Assembly (NCBI GenBank): GCA_035545255.1
Contig: DASZYR010000165.1
Location: 1 to 45,935, forward strand
DNA from: Rhodanobacteraceae bacterium
GTDB taxonomy: Bacteria; Pseudomonadota; Gammaproteobacteria; Xanthomonadales; Rhodanobacteraceae
Direction: 5' to 3'
DNA: 45,935 nt
Below, one piece after another: positions 19,392 through 28,308 of this stretch; within the stretch, counting starts at the first letter, position 1; every line of letters begins with the position of its first letter. A model generated the notes under the pieces. The model did no database searches. It was not told the DNA's origin and saw only the letters and a list, made by a program, of their open reading frames with translations. Position numbers and translations under genes: made by a program.

Positions 19392-19524
19392 GCGGCGCGA
19401 GTTTCCGTCGTGCCCGCCGTTCATATCTTTCGCGCTGCCGCCGGAAGGAGGATCGGCGAGGAAGAAACGACGACTGCGGACGGCTCCGGTAGAGTAGGCG
19501 AAGTTCGAGTCGCCGGGCGCGTGC

Positions 19525-20013
19525 ATGGATCTCCACAATCTCTGGTATGTGCTCGCCGCCGTCCTCGTCGTCGTCGGCTTCGTCGGCACGGTCGTGCCGG
19601 CGCTTCCGGGCGTGCCGCTCGTCTTCGCGGGTCTCTTCGTCGCGGCGTGGACGGACGGTTTCCAGCATGTCGGCCTGTGGACGCTGATCGGGCTCGGCGT
19701 CCTGACCGTCATCGCCGTCGCGGTCGACTTCCTCGCCGGGCTCGCCGGCGCAAAACGCGTTGGCGCGAGCCGGCTCGCGCTCGTCGGCGCCGCGATCGGC
19801 ACGATCGTCGGACTCTTCTTCGGGATTCCGGGCCTTCTGCTCGGACCGTTCCTCGGCGCGCTCGTCGGCGAGCTCGCCGCCGGCGGCACGCTGCACCGCG
19901 CGACGAACGTCGGCGTCGGCGCGTGGATCGGCTTTCTCGTCGGAACCGTGCTGAAGCTCGGCGTCTGCTTCGCGATGCTCGGGCTTTTCGCGCTCGCGTT
20001 CATCGTGCGCTGA
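19525..20013 (+). CDS. DUF456-like membrane protein
   Basis: GTVVPALPGVPL, GAKRVGAS and GPFLGALVGEL motifs. Confidence 0.85.
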   Translation: MDLHNLWYVLAAVLVVVGFVGTVVPALPGVPLVFAGLFVAAWTDGFQHVGLWTLIGLGVLTVIAVAVDFLAGLAGAKRVGASRLALVGAAIGTIVGLFFGIPGLLLGPFLGALVGELAAGGTLHRATNVGVGAWIGFLVGTVLKLGVCFAMLGLFALAFIVR

Positions 20014-20048
20014 TTGCGGCCTTTCCGACTCGCCATTCCCGGCCTTTC

Positions 20049-20146
20049 CGTCATCCCGGCGAAAGGCGGGATGCATTTTTTCTCGATGCGCGTCGAGCCA
20101 GGGCACGTCCTGAAGCAAATCGATCCCGGCTTTCGCCGCGATGACG
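20049..20146. repeat. CGTC-type REP dimer between convergent genes
   Basis: CGTCATCCCGGCGAAAGGCGGGATGCATTT ... AAATCGATCCCGGCTTTCGCCGCGATGACG. Confidence 0.8.
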
Positions 20147-20160
20147 AGCACAAGTCGTTT

Positions 20161-20559
20161 TCAACCCGCCGACAGATGCGCGATCGCAGCCTCGCTCCGC
20201 GCGCGATCGCCGTCGTCGAACGGCGTGATCGCGACCGAGACGATCGTGCCGGGATCGATGCAGCGCAGGTTGACGTCGACGCCATCCGGATTCGAGCGCG
20301 GCACGTAGAAGCTCTTGACCCCGCAACGTCTGCAGAACCGGTGCTTCGCCGTGCCGGTGTTGAACGTGTATTCGGTCAGCGCGCCGCTTCCGGCGACGAG
20401 GCGGAACCGCGAGGCCGGCACGATCAGGTGCAGGAAGCCGCTCATCCGGCAGATCGAGCAGTTGCATTCGAGCGCTTCGACGGCTGCGGGCGCGTCGACC
20501 TCGAAACGCACGCTGCCGCAGTGGCAACCGCCGCGATGCGTCACCGTGTCGTTCGTCAT
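20161..20559 (-). CDS. GFA/CENP-V family zinc protein
   Basis: GGCHCG, CNCSIC and FCRRCG motifs. Confidence 0.9.
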   Translation of the reverse strand: MTNDTVTHRGGCHCGSVRFEVDAPAAVEALECNCSICRMSGFLHLIVPASRFRLVAGSGALTEYTFNTGTAKHRFCRRCGVKSFYVPRSNPDGVDVNLRCIDPGTIVSVAITPFDDGDRARSEAAIAHLSAG

Positions 20560-20728
20560 GGGTGCTCCTCCGTCGCAATGACGATTCTCGCCCAAACGCG
20601 AGGCCGCCTGCTGGCCGGCGCGCGCCCGGACGTTTCATGGCCGCGACGAGCGAGCAGGCGCATAACCTTTGGCACATCGCGCGCTTTCGCGCCGCGAGTA
20701 GCGTTGCGCCATTCCGGAGGAGGCCGTC

Positions 20729-22486
20729 ATGTCCCATCGTTTCGTGTTCGCGCTCGCGCTCGGCGCGCTGCTTTCGATTTCGACGGCCGCGGCGGCCGAA
20801 CCCGGCTGGGTCGCGCGCAGCAACGCCAACGCGCAGCCGCTGCTCAAGGTGCTCGGCGATTTCGGGCCCGAGTTCGCCGCGCGCCTCGGCGTCAAGGGTT
20901 ACGACGATCGCATCACGCAGTTTCCGCTCGATGCGAACGAGCGCTTCCGCGAGGCGATCGGCGCCGCAGAAAAAGGGCTCGAGGCGAAGCTCGCGGCCGA
21001 GCAGGATCCGCTTGTGAAGCAGGATCTCGCGATCATGATCGACGCTGCGAAACAGCAGATCGAGTCGAGCAAGCTCAACGAGAAGTATCTCCTGCCGTAC
21101 ACGAACGTCGGCCAGACGATCTTCTTCGGCGAGTTCAGCCTGCTGCAGGATCAGGTCGACGCGAAACGCCGGCCGAGCGCGCTGACGCGGCTCAGGCGCT
21201 ACACGGGGCTCGAGAAAGGCTATACGCCGGTGACTGCACAGGCGAAAGCGCAGTTCGAGGCAGCGTCGGGCGACAAAGCGCTGCTCGGTCCCTACAAGGA
21301 GCAGGTCGACCAGGATCTCGCGAACACGGCGAGCTACGTCGACGGCATCCGCAAGCTCTACGCGAAGTACAAGATCCGCGGGGCCGACAAGGCCCTCGAC
21401 GCGCTCGAATCAGAGCTCAAGGATTACGACGCATGGATCCGCGAGGCCGTGCTGCCGCGCGCGCGCGACGATTTCAAGCTGCCGCCCGATCTTTACGCCG
21501 ACAATCTCAGGAACGTCGGCCTCGACATCGCGCCGGACGAGCTGATCCGCAAGGCCGAGCTCAGCTACGTCGAGATCCGCAACGAGATGCAGGCGATCGC
21601 ACCGCTCGTCGCGAAGGAACATCATCTCGAATCGGGCGATTATCGCGACGTGATCCGCGCGCTCAAGAAGGAGCAGATGCCACGCGAGAAGATCGAGCCG
21701 ACCTATCACGAGGTCATCGGCAAGATCGAGGACATCATCCGCCGCGAGCACATCGTCACGCTGCCGGAGCGGCCGATGATCATGCGCATCGCCTCCGAAG
21801 CCGAGACCGCCGCGCAGCCGGCGCCGCACATGGATCCGCCGCCGCTGATCGGCAACAAGGGCGAGCGCGGCACGTTCGTGCTGACGCTCGGCAATCCCTC
21901 GTCGAGCGGCAGCGCCGACAGCTACGACGACTTCAACCATCCGTACGCGACATGGACGCTGACTGCGCACGAGGGGCGGCCGGGCCACGAGCTGCAGTTC
22001 TCGGCAATGGTCGAGCGCGGCGTCTCGCTCGCGCGGAGCCTCTTCGCGTTCAACAGCGTCAACGTCGAAGGCTGGGCGCTCTACGCAGAAGCCGAGATGA
22101 AGCCGTACGAGCCGCTCGACGGCCAGCTGTTCGCGCTGCAGGCGCGCCTGCAGCGCGCGGCGCGCGCGATCCTCGATCCGATGGTCAACCTCGGCCGCAT
22201 CACGCCAGAGCGCGCGAAGGAAGTGCTGACGGACGAAGTCGTGCTCTCGCCGGCCTATGCGCGACAGGAGATCGACCGCTACACGTTCCGTGCGCCGGGT
22301 CAGGCGACGAGCTATTTCTACGGCTACACGAAGCTCATGGAGCTGCGCGGCGATACCGAGATCAAGCTCGGCAAGAAGTTCGATCGGCAGGCGTTCAACG
22401 ATTTCGTGATCGGTCAGGGCTTGCTGCCGCCGGCGCTGTTGCGCGAGGCGGTCGAGACGCAATTCATTCCAGCGCAGCAGAAGTGA
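20729..22486 (+). CDS. Exported DUF885-family protein (putative metallopeptidase)
   Basis: Signal peptide; HEGRPGHELQ, EGWALYAE and PGQATSYFYG motifs. Confidence 0.88.
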   Translation: MSHRFVFALALGALLSISTAAAAEPGWVARSNANAQPLLKVLGDFGPEFAARLGVKGYDDRITQFPLDANERFREAIGAAEKGLEAKLAAEQDPLVKQDLAIMIDAAKQQIESSKLNEKYLLPYTNVGQTIFFGEFSLLQDQVDAKRRPSALTRLRRYTGLEKGYTPVTAQAKAQFEAASGDKALLGPYKEQVDQDLANTASYVDGIRKLYAKYKIRGADKALDALESELKDYDAWIREAVLPRARDDFKLPPDLYADNLRNVGLDIAPDELIRKAELSYVEIRNEMQAIAPLVAKEHHLESGDYRDVIRALKKEQMPREKIEPTYHEVIGKIEDIIRREHIVTLPERPMIMRIASEAETAAQPAPHMDPPPLIGNKGERGTFVLTLGNPSSSGSADSYDDFNHPYATWTLTAHEGRPGHELQFSAMVERGVSLARSLFAFNSVNVEGWALYAEAEMKPYEPLDGQLFALQARLQRAARAILDPMVNLGRITPERAKEVLTDEVVLSPAYARQEIDRYTFRAPGQATSYFYGYTKLMELRGDTEIKLGKKFDRQAFNDFVIGQGLLPPALLREAVETQFIPAQQK

Positions 22487-22493
22487 GCTATCG

Positions 22494-22620
22494 CCTCTCC
22501 CGCTTGCGGGAGAGGCCGACGCGCGCAGCGCGGCGGGTGAGGGTTTCGGAGTGAAACTTCCGAAGCGTCGAACCACCCTTGCCCTCACCCCGGCCCTCTC
22601 CCGCGAAGCGGGGGAGGGGG
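22494..22620. repeat. REP-like dimer (CCTCTCCCGC..GCGGGAGAGG family) between convergent genes
   Basis: CCTCTCCCGCTTGCGGGAGAGG...GGGTGAGGG and the inverted CCCTCACCCCGGCCCTCTCCCGCGAAGCGGGGGAGGGG. Confidence 0.8.
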
Positions 22621-22632
22621 AAAGGCGCGCGC

Positions 22633-23301
22633 TTACGACGCAGGCGGGCCGGGCAGCACGTAGAACAGCACCGCGAAGAACTGCAGGATGCTTCCGCCCA
22701 GCACGAAGAGATGCCACAACGCGTGGTTGAACGGCAGCCGTTTCGACAGATAGAACGGCACGCCGAGCGTGTAGCAGACGCCGCCGCCGAACAGAAGCCA
22801 CAAGCCGCCGGGCGGGAGATTGCGCACGAGCGGACCGATCGCGACGAGGCCGATCCAGCCGAGCCCGACGTAGAGCGCAATCACGGGTCCGCGCCGCTCG
22901 ACGCGGCGCATGACGAGATACATGCCGGCGATCGCGATGGTCCAGACGACTGCGAACAGCGTCCATCCCCACGGACCGTGCAGCGTGATCAGCGTGAACG
23001 GCGTGTACGTGCCGGCGATCAGGAGAAAGATCGCCGCGTGATCGAGCTGGCGCAGCAAGGGTTTGACGCGCTCGATCGGGATGCCGTGATAGAGCGTCGA
23101 CGCGGTGTAGAGCAGGATCAGCGTCGTGCCGTAGACGCCGACGCTCGCGATGTGCCGCGCATCGCCGGCCGGCGCCGCATACGCCGAAAGCACGGCGAGG
23201 CCCGCGATGCTGAGCACGATGCCGACGCCGTGGATGACGCAGGACGCGATCTCTTCCGCCGCGCTGTAGCGGATCACTGCATCGGCCGTGATCTCGGGCA
23301 T
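22633..23301 (-). CDS. Hemolysin III / PAQR-family membrane protein (TrhA-like)
   Basis: EEIASCVIHG, STLYH, LDHAAIFLLIAGTYTP and HALWHLFV motifs. Confidence 0.92.
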   Translation of the reverse strand: MPEITADAVIRYSAAEEIASCVIHGVGIVLSIAGLAVLSAYAAPAGDARHIASVGVYGTTLILLYTASTLYHGIPIERVKPLLRQLDHAAIFLLIAGTYTPFTLITLHGPWGWTLFAVVWTIAIAGMYLVMRRVERRGPVIALYVGLGWIGLVAIGPLVRNLPPGGLWLLFGGGVCYTLGVPFYLSKRLPFNHALWHLFVLGGSILQFFAVLFYVLPGPPAS

Positions 23302-23409
23302 GAAAGCCTCCGGTAGCCGCCGGCGCCGCTCATGACGCGGCGCAACATGCGACTACCCTACTCCAGCGCGACGCGAACGCCAACCGTCGCCACCGGCGAC
23401 GCCGAAGGC

Positions 23410-23748
23410 TCAGGAGGCGTGCGGCAGCGACGCCGGTGCGGGACGCCGATGGCGAACGAGGAGCCAGATGACGACGCCGACCACGATCAGCGGCAGCATC
23501 GCGTGCAGCATCGCGACGACGATCGCGAGCACGAGACCGAACGCGCCGAGCGCCAGCGGCAGCGCGAGCACGGCAAGCAGCAACGCGCCGAATACACGCA
23601 GGATCAATCCGATCACGCCGGCAGCGAGCGAAAACGCCAGCACGAGCGCGCCGACGACGAGCAGCGCCGGCAACAGCGCGAGCCCGCACATGGCGAGAAC
23701 GAGCAGCGCCATCAGCGCGGCGAACACGGAAAAGAAGCCGGTGATCAT
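23410..23748 (-). CDS. Small, highly hydrophobic hypothetical membrane protein
   Basis: GGAGG RBS before the ATG; a nearly uninterrupted hydrophobic sequence with a basic tail. Confidence 0.65.
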   Translation of the reverse strand: MITGFFSVFAALMALLVLAMCGLALLPALLVVGALVLAFSLAAGVIGLILRVFGALLLAVLALPLALGAFGLVLAIVVAMLHAMLPLIVVGVVIWLLVRHRRPAPASLPHAS

Positions 23749-23894
23749 CAGGCACCTCCAGCCGTCCGTTTCGCGCAGCATCGATGCCGGCGCGCGCCGC
23801 TGCCAGTGCGAAAGGTCATCGTTGCGCTCGCAAGCCGCGTTCCTGACGGTGCCGCCGGACCGACGTAAGCTATACGCATCCTCCGGAGACGGCC

Positions 23895-24722
23895 ATGGCT
23901 CGACTCGACGTGCTGATCCATCTGCGCCGCATTGACGCGACGACGCCGGCCGTGCGCGTCGGGCTCGCTCTCGCCGCGCGCCTCGGGGCCTGGACGACCG
24001 GCATCCACGTCGTCGCCATCGCGCCGGCCGCGTTCGCGTCGCCCGAAGCCGTCGCGCTGCAAGTGCACGAGGCCGAAGGCATGGTCGACGAAGCGAAGTC
24101 GCGCGCCGGCTGGTGGCGCGATGAGCTCGCCGCGCGCTCGCTCGAAGGCGAATGGCAGGTCGCGGAGGGCGAGACCGTCGACGTGCTCTGCCACGCGTCG
24201 CGCTGGAGCGATCTCGTCGTCGTCGAGCGGCCGCAGCTGAATCCGGATGCGCCGACCGGCTGGGGCCTCGTCTCGCGCACGGTGTTCGGGTCGACCTCTC
24301 CCGTCGTCGTCGTGCCGGACACGGCCGGCGGCGACACCGCCGGTGCGCGCATCCTCGTTGCCTGGAACCAGAGCCGCGAAGCGACGCGCGCGATCCACGG
24401 TGCGCTGCCGCTGCTGCGACGCGCCGAACGCGTGCTCGTGCTCGAGGGAGAGCCGGTCGAGAATCCGTTCGGCCTGCGGCGGTTGCCGCAGCTCGATCTT
24501 CGCGCGTGGCTCGCGCGAAACGGCGTGTCCGCCGAGTTCCGCGCGTTCAGGCCGCCGGCGAAGGAGCGCGGTGCAGCGCTGCTCGACGCAGCGCACGCCG
24601 AAACAGCCGATCTCGTCGTGATGGGTGCGTGGGGCCACTCGCGCATCACCGAGCTCGTGCTCGGCGGCACGACGCGCCACGTGTTCCAGTCGAGCGATCT
24701 TCCTCTGCTGGTCGCGCACTGA
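23895..24722 (+). CDS. Universal stress protein (tandem USP domains)
   Basis: ILVAWNQSREATRA and ADLVVMGAWGHSRITELVLGGTT motifs. Confidence 0.9.
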   Translation: MARLDVLIHLRRIDATTPAVRVGLALAARLGAWTTGIHVVAIAPAAFASPEAVALQVHEAEGMVDEAKSRAGWWRDELAARSLEGEWQVAEGETVDVLCHASRWSDLVVVERPQLNPDAPTGWGLVSRTVFGSTSPVVVVPDTAGGDTAGARILVAWNQSREATRAIHGALPLLRRAERVLVLEGEPVENPFGLRRLPQLDLRAWLARNGVSAEFRAFRPPAKERGAALLDAAHAETADLVVMGAWGHSRITELVLGGTTRHVFQSSDLPLLVAH

Positions 24723-24765
24723 AACGAGCGGCCGCCCTGTCGCGCGGCATCGCACAGACGAGCGC

Positions 24766-25344
24766 ATGAACGACACGACGATACCACCGACGCCGGTCCT
24801 GATCGGAATGCGCCTCGCCCTCCGTCCGCTCCGTGCGAGCGACTCCGACGATCTCTACGCCGTGCATTCGGACCCGCGCGTCATGCGCTACTGGAGCCAC
24901 CCGCCCTGGACACGCCGCGAGCAGGCGAACGAACGCATCGCGCAACTCGAGCGCGATCGCGAGCACAGCGAGTTCTACACCTGGGCGATCGCGCTCGCCG
25001 ACGATCGCCTCGTCGGCACGGTTTCGCTGTTCGCGCTGAACCGCACGCAGCATCGCGCCGAGATCGGCTACGCGCTCGGATCGCGCGAATGGAACCGCGG
25101 CTACGCCACCGAAGCCGTGCGTCTGGCGATCGCGCACGCCTTCGACACGATCGGCCTTTCGCGCCTCGAAGCCGACATCGACCCGCGCAACGAACCCTCG
25201 TGCCGCCTCGTCGAACGCATCGGCTTCCGCCGCGAAGGCCTGCTACGCCAACGCTGGCACGTCGCCGGCGAGATCACTGACTCCGCGATCTACGGGCTGT
25301 TGCGCGACGAGTACGTTGCACCACGAAACACGCGAACGAGCTGA
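24766..25344 (+). CDS. GNAT acetyltransferase (RimJ/RimL family)
   Basis: LALRPL, AEIGYAL, WNRGYATEA and GFRREGLLR motifs. Confidence 0.9.
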   Translation: MNDTTIPPTPVLIGMRLALRPLRASDSDDLYAVHSDPRVMRYWSHPPWTRREQANERIAQLERDREHSEFYTWAIALADDRLVGTVSLFALNRTQHRAEIGYALGSREWNRGYATEAVRLAIAHAFDTIGLSRLEADIDPRNEPSCRLVERIGFRREGLLRQRWHVAGEITDSAIYGLLRDEYVAPRNTRTS

Positions 25345-25359
25345 AGCACCGGAACTTTC

Positions 25360-25635
25360 GCTCTTTTTTGGCTTTTGGCTTTTCCAATCCCTCTGCGACG
25401 CGGCGGAGGGCGGACGGAAAGGCCCGCGCTCGCGCGGTTGCGCGCGAGGGATCGCGCGCATTCGGCTGCGGACCAGGATGGCCCGTCAGCCGAAACCCGG
25501 CCACCCGTAGCGAACCGGCGCGCAGCGCCGGCGCGGCACCGAGGGCGTGTTCTCTTTGGTGCTTTCTCTTGCTCGTGCAAGAGAAAGTCACGCGCCGGCC
25601 GGGAGGGCCGGCAAGACTTACAGGGACGTGGGTCG
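25360..25635 (+). repeat. Highly structured intergenic element (MITE-like repeat or ncRNA) with several GGA-loop hairpins
   Basis: Six hairpins: 25440-25459, 25461-25494, 25515-25531, 25562-25587, 25594-25612 and 25616-25633, after a (TTTTGGC)-type pyrimidine lead-in. Confidence 0.55.
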
Positions 25636-25705
25636 GTTATCGCATCGACGTCGCAAAAGATCGAAAGATCAAAGAACGACAAGAAGAAACGTCGAACCCG
25701 CGTGC

Positions 25706-25740
25706 GCTCACCCTGCCCGCTCCCGCGAGCGGGAGAGGGG
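25706..25740. repeat. Single REP-like arm (CTCCCGC..GCGGGAGAGGG family) next to the gap stop
   Basis: CTCACCCTGCCCGCTCCCGCGAGCGGGAGAGGGG. Confidence 0.65.
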
Positions 25741-25750
25741 AAAGCTTGCG

Positions 25751-26764
25751 TCAGCGAGCCTTCGCGAACGCCAGCGTCATATCGAGCATCCGATTCGAGA
25801 ACCCCCACTCGTTGTCGTACCACGACAACACCTTGACGAGCGTCCCCTCCATCACGCGCGTCTGCGTCGCGTCATAGATCGACGACAGCGGATTGTTGTT
25901 GAAGTCGATCGAGACGAGCGGCTTGGTGTTCATGCCGAGGATGCCTTTCAGCGCGCCCTCGCTCGCTTCCTTGACGGCTGCGTCGATCTCCTGGTTCGAG
26001 GTCGCGCGCTTCGCGACGAACGTCAGGTCGACGACCGACACGTTGATCGTCGGCACGCGCATCGCGAAGCCGTCGAGCTTGCCGTTGAGCTCCGGCAGCA
26101 CGAGACCGACCGCGGCGGCGGCGCCGGTCTTGGTCGGGATCTGCGACATCGTCGCCGAACGCGCGCGGCGCAGGTCCTTGTGGAACACGTCGGTCAGCAC
26201 CTGATCGTTCGTGTACGCATGGATCGTCGTCATGAGGCCGTGCACGATGCCGATCTTCTCGTGCAGCACCTTCGCGAGCGGCGCGAGGCAATTCGTCGTG
26301 CACGACGCGTTCGAGATGACGGTGTCGCCGCCCTTGATCCTGTCCTCGTTGACGCCCATGACGAACGTGCCGTCGACGTCCTTGTCGCCGGGCGCCGAGA
26401 TGATCACCTTCTTCGCGCCGGCCGCGATGTGCGCGCCGGCCTTTGCCTTCGAGGTGAAGAGGCCCGTGCACTCCATGACGACGTCGACGCCGAGATCCTT
26501 CCATGGCAGCTTCGAAGGATCGCGCTCGGCGCAGACCTTGATGCGATCGCCGTCGACGACGAGATCGCCGCCTTCGACGCCGACCTCGCCCGGGAACTTG
26601 CCGTGTGCGGTGTCGTATTGCGTCAGGTGCGCGTTCGTCTCCGCATCGCCGAGATCGTTGACCGCGACGATCCGGATGTCCTTCGTGCGCTTCGACTCGT
26701 AGAGCGCGCGCAGCACGTTGCGACCGATGCGGCCGTAGCCGTTGATGGCGACCTTCACAGCCAT
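25751..26764 (-). CDS. gap: Type I glyceraldehyde-3-phosphate dehydrogenase
   Basis: [16 protein letters not shown] and WYDNEWGFS motifs. Confidence 0.97.
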   Translation of the reverse strand: MAVKVAINGYGRIGRNVLRALYESKRTKDIRIVAVNDLGDAETNAHLTQYDTAHGKFPGEVGVEGGDLVVDGDRIKVCAERDPSKLPWKDLGVDVVMECTGLFTSKAKAGAHIAAGAKKVIISAPGDKDVDGTFVMGVNEDRIKGGDTVISNASCTTNCLAPLAKVLHEKIGIVHGLMTTIHAYTNDQVLTDVFHKDLRRARSATMSQIPTKTGAAAAVGLVLPELNGKLDGFAMRVPTINVSVVDLTFVAKRATSNQEIDAAVKEASEGALKGILGMNTKPLVSIDFNNNPLSSIYDATQTRVMEGTLVKVLSWYDNEWGFSNRMLDMTLAFAKAR

Positions 26765-26959
26765 GGACCAATCCTCCGGAGCGGGAAAAAGGGCAGGCGC
26801 GCATTCTACCGGCCCGGGTTTTCGCGCGCACGGGCCACTTCGATGGAGCCATTGACGGCAGGGCGCCGCCATCGCCCGCTTCGCGCGAGGTTATGATCCG
26901 GAGCGCCGATATTCCGCGCGCGCGTCGATTCGCCGCAGCGCGCCGCCGCCGGAGCACCG

Positions 26960-27430
26960 ATGAGCGAGACCGACCGCATCACGCTGACGCTGACGCAGGA
27001 ATCCGAGTTCGCGTTCCGCGTCGAATTCGACGGGACAGCCGTGCCAGCCCTCCACGTAGACGAGTCGCCGCCAGCGGGCGGTGGCGCGGGACCGGATCCG
27101 ACGCGGATGCTCGCGGCCGCGATCGGGCATTGCCTCTCGTCGAGCCTCTTCTTCGCACTGCGCAAATTCAGGAACCAGCCGGGTCGCATCGTGACGCGCG
27201 TGACCGCCGAGCACATGCGCAACGAGCATCGACGCCTCCGCATCGGACGCGTTTCGGTGGAGATCGCTTTGCCCGAAGCATCGGGCGATTACGCGCAGAT
27301 CGACCGCATCCTCGCCGAGTTCGAGGATTTCTGCACCGTGACCGAGAGCGTGCGCGCGGGCGTGATCGTCGAAGTCAGCGTGCGCGATGCGTCGGGCGCC
27401 GTCGTGCACACGTCGGATCGCGCGCCGTGA
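26960..27430 (+). CDS. OsmC/Ohr-family protein
   Basis: DESPPAGGGAGPDP, AAAIGHC and FCTVTES motifs (two Cys). Confidence 0.85.
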   Translation: MSETDRITLTLTQESEFAFRVEFDGTAVPALHVDESPPAGGGAGPDPTRMLAAAIGHCLSSSLFFALRKFRNQPGRIVTRVTAEHMRNEHRRLRIGRVSVEIALPEASGDYAQIDRILAEFEDFCTVTESVRAGVIVEVSVRDASGAVVHTSDRAP

Positions 27431-28308
27431 GCGGACCGGGCAACACGCCGGTCGTGCGCAGTTTCCATCACGCCGAAAGCGGTACGTGGTCGCATGTCGT
27501 CGTCGATCCCGCGACGCGCGTCGCGGCAATCGTCGATCCCGTGCTCGATTTCGACCTGCCCTCGGGGATGATCCGCACTTCGAGCGCGCAGCGCATTCTC
27601 GAATACGCCGACACCGCGGGGCTTCGCGTCGAGTGGATTCTCGAAACGCATGCGCACGCGGACCACGTATCCGCGTGCGCGTGGCTCTCCGGGCGCACCG
27701 GCGCAAAGGTCGGCGTCGGCGCTGGCATCGTCGAGGTGCAGAGGACGTTCAAGCGCCTGCTCGATCTCGGCGACGATTTTCCGATCGACGGAACCCCGTT
27801 CGACCGCCTCTTCACCGACGGCGAGACGTTCCCGATCGGCGCGCTCGACGTGCGCGTGGTCGCGACGCCGGGTCACACGGGCGACGGCGTGAGCTATCTC
27901 GCCGGCGACGCGGCGTTCGTCGGCGATACGCTGTTCGCGCCGCAATCCGGCACCGCGCGCTGCGACTTTCCGGGCGGCGACGCGGCGACGCTGCACCGCT
28001 CGATCATGCGGCTTTACGCGTTGCCCGAGACGACGCGCGTCTTCCTCTGTCACGATTATCCCGCGGCTGGCGCGGAGCCGATCGCCGAAGTCGCGCTCGC
28101 GATGCAGCGCGCAGGCAACATCCACGTGCGTGCGGCGACCGCCGAAGACGAATACGCCGCGCTCCGCCGCCAGCGCGACGCGACGCTTGCGGTCCCGAAG
28201 CTGCTGTGGCCCGCATTGCAGATCAACCTGCGCGGCGGCCGCCTGCCGCCGGCGCGGGAGGGACGCGCGTATCTCAAGCTGCCGGTCGCGTTCGACGGAT
28301 CGCCGTGA
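27427..28308 (+). CDS. Metallo-beta-lactamase-fold persulfide dioxygenase-like protein (ETHE1/Blh type)
   Basis: ILETHAHADH, TPGHT, FVGDTLF, GTARCDFPGG and LCHDY motifs; GTGA overlap with the upstream gene. Confidence 0.88.
   Translation: MSGPGNTPVVRSFHHAESGTWSHVVVDPATRVAAIVDPVLDFDLPSGMIRTSSAQRILEYADTAGLRVEWILETHAHADHVSACAWLSGRTGAKVGVGAGIVEVQRTFKRLLDLGDDFPIDGTPFDRLFTDGETFPIGALDVRVVATPGHTGDGVSYLAGDAAFVGDTLFAPQSGTARCDFPGGDAATLHRSIMRLYALPETTRVFLCHDYPAAGAEPIAEVALAMQRAGNIHVRAATAEDEYAALRRQRDATLAVPKLLWPALQINLRGGRLPPAREGRAYLKLPVAFDGSP

Noticed and set aside
20670-20685. Sigma54 promoter TGGCACATCGCGCGCT upstream of the DUF885 gene
   Set aside because: It has GG-N10-GC but lacks the TTGC -12 context, and I saw no IHF or enhancer support.
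25290-25877. ORFs spanning the GNAT-gap intergenic region
   Set aside because: They are translations of structured repeat DNA with no protein-like character.
27427-28308. Antibiotic-resistance beta-lactamase
   Set aside because: No signal peptide; the motifs (GTARCDFPGG, CHDY) fit a persulfide dioxygenase.
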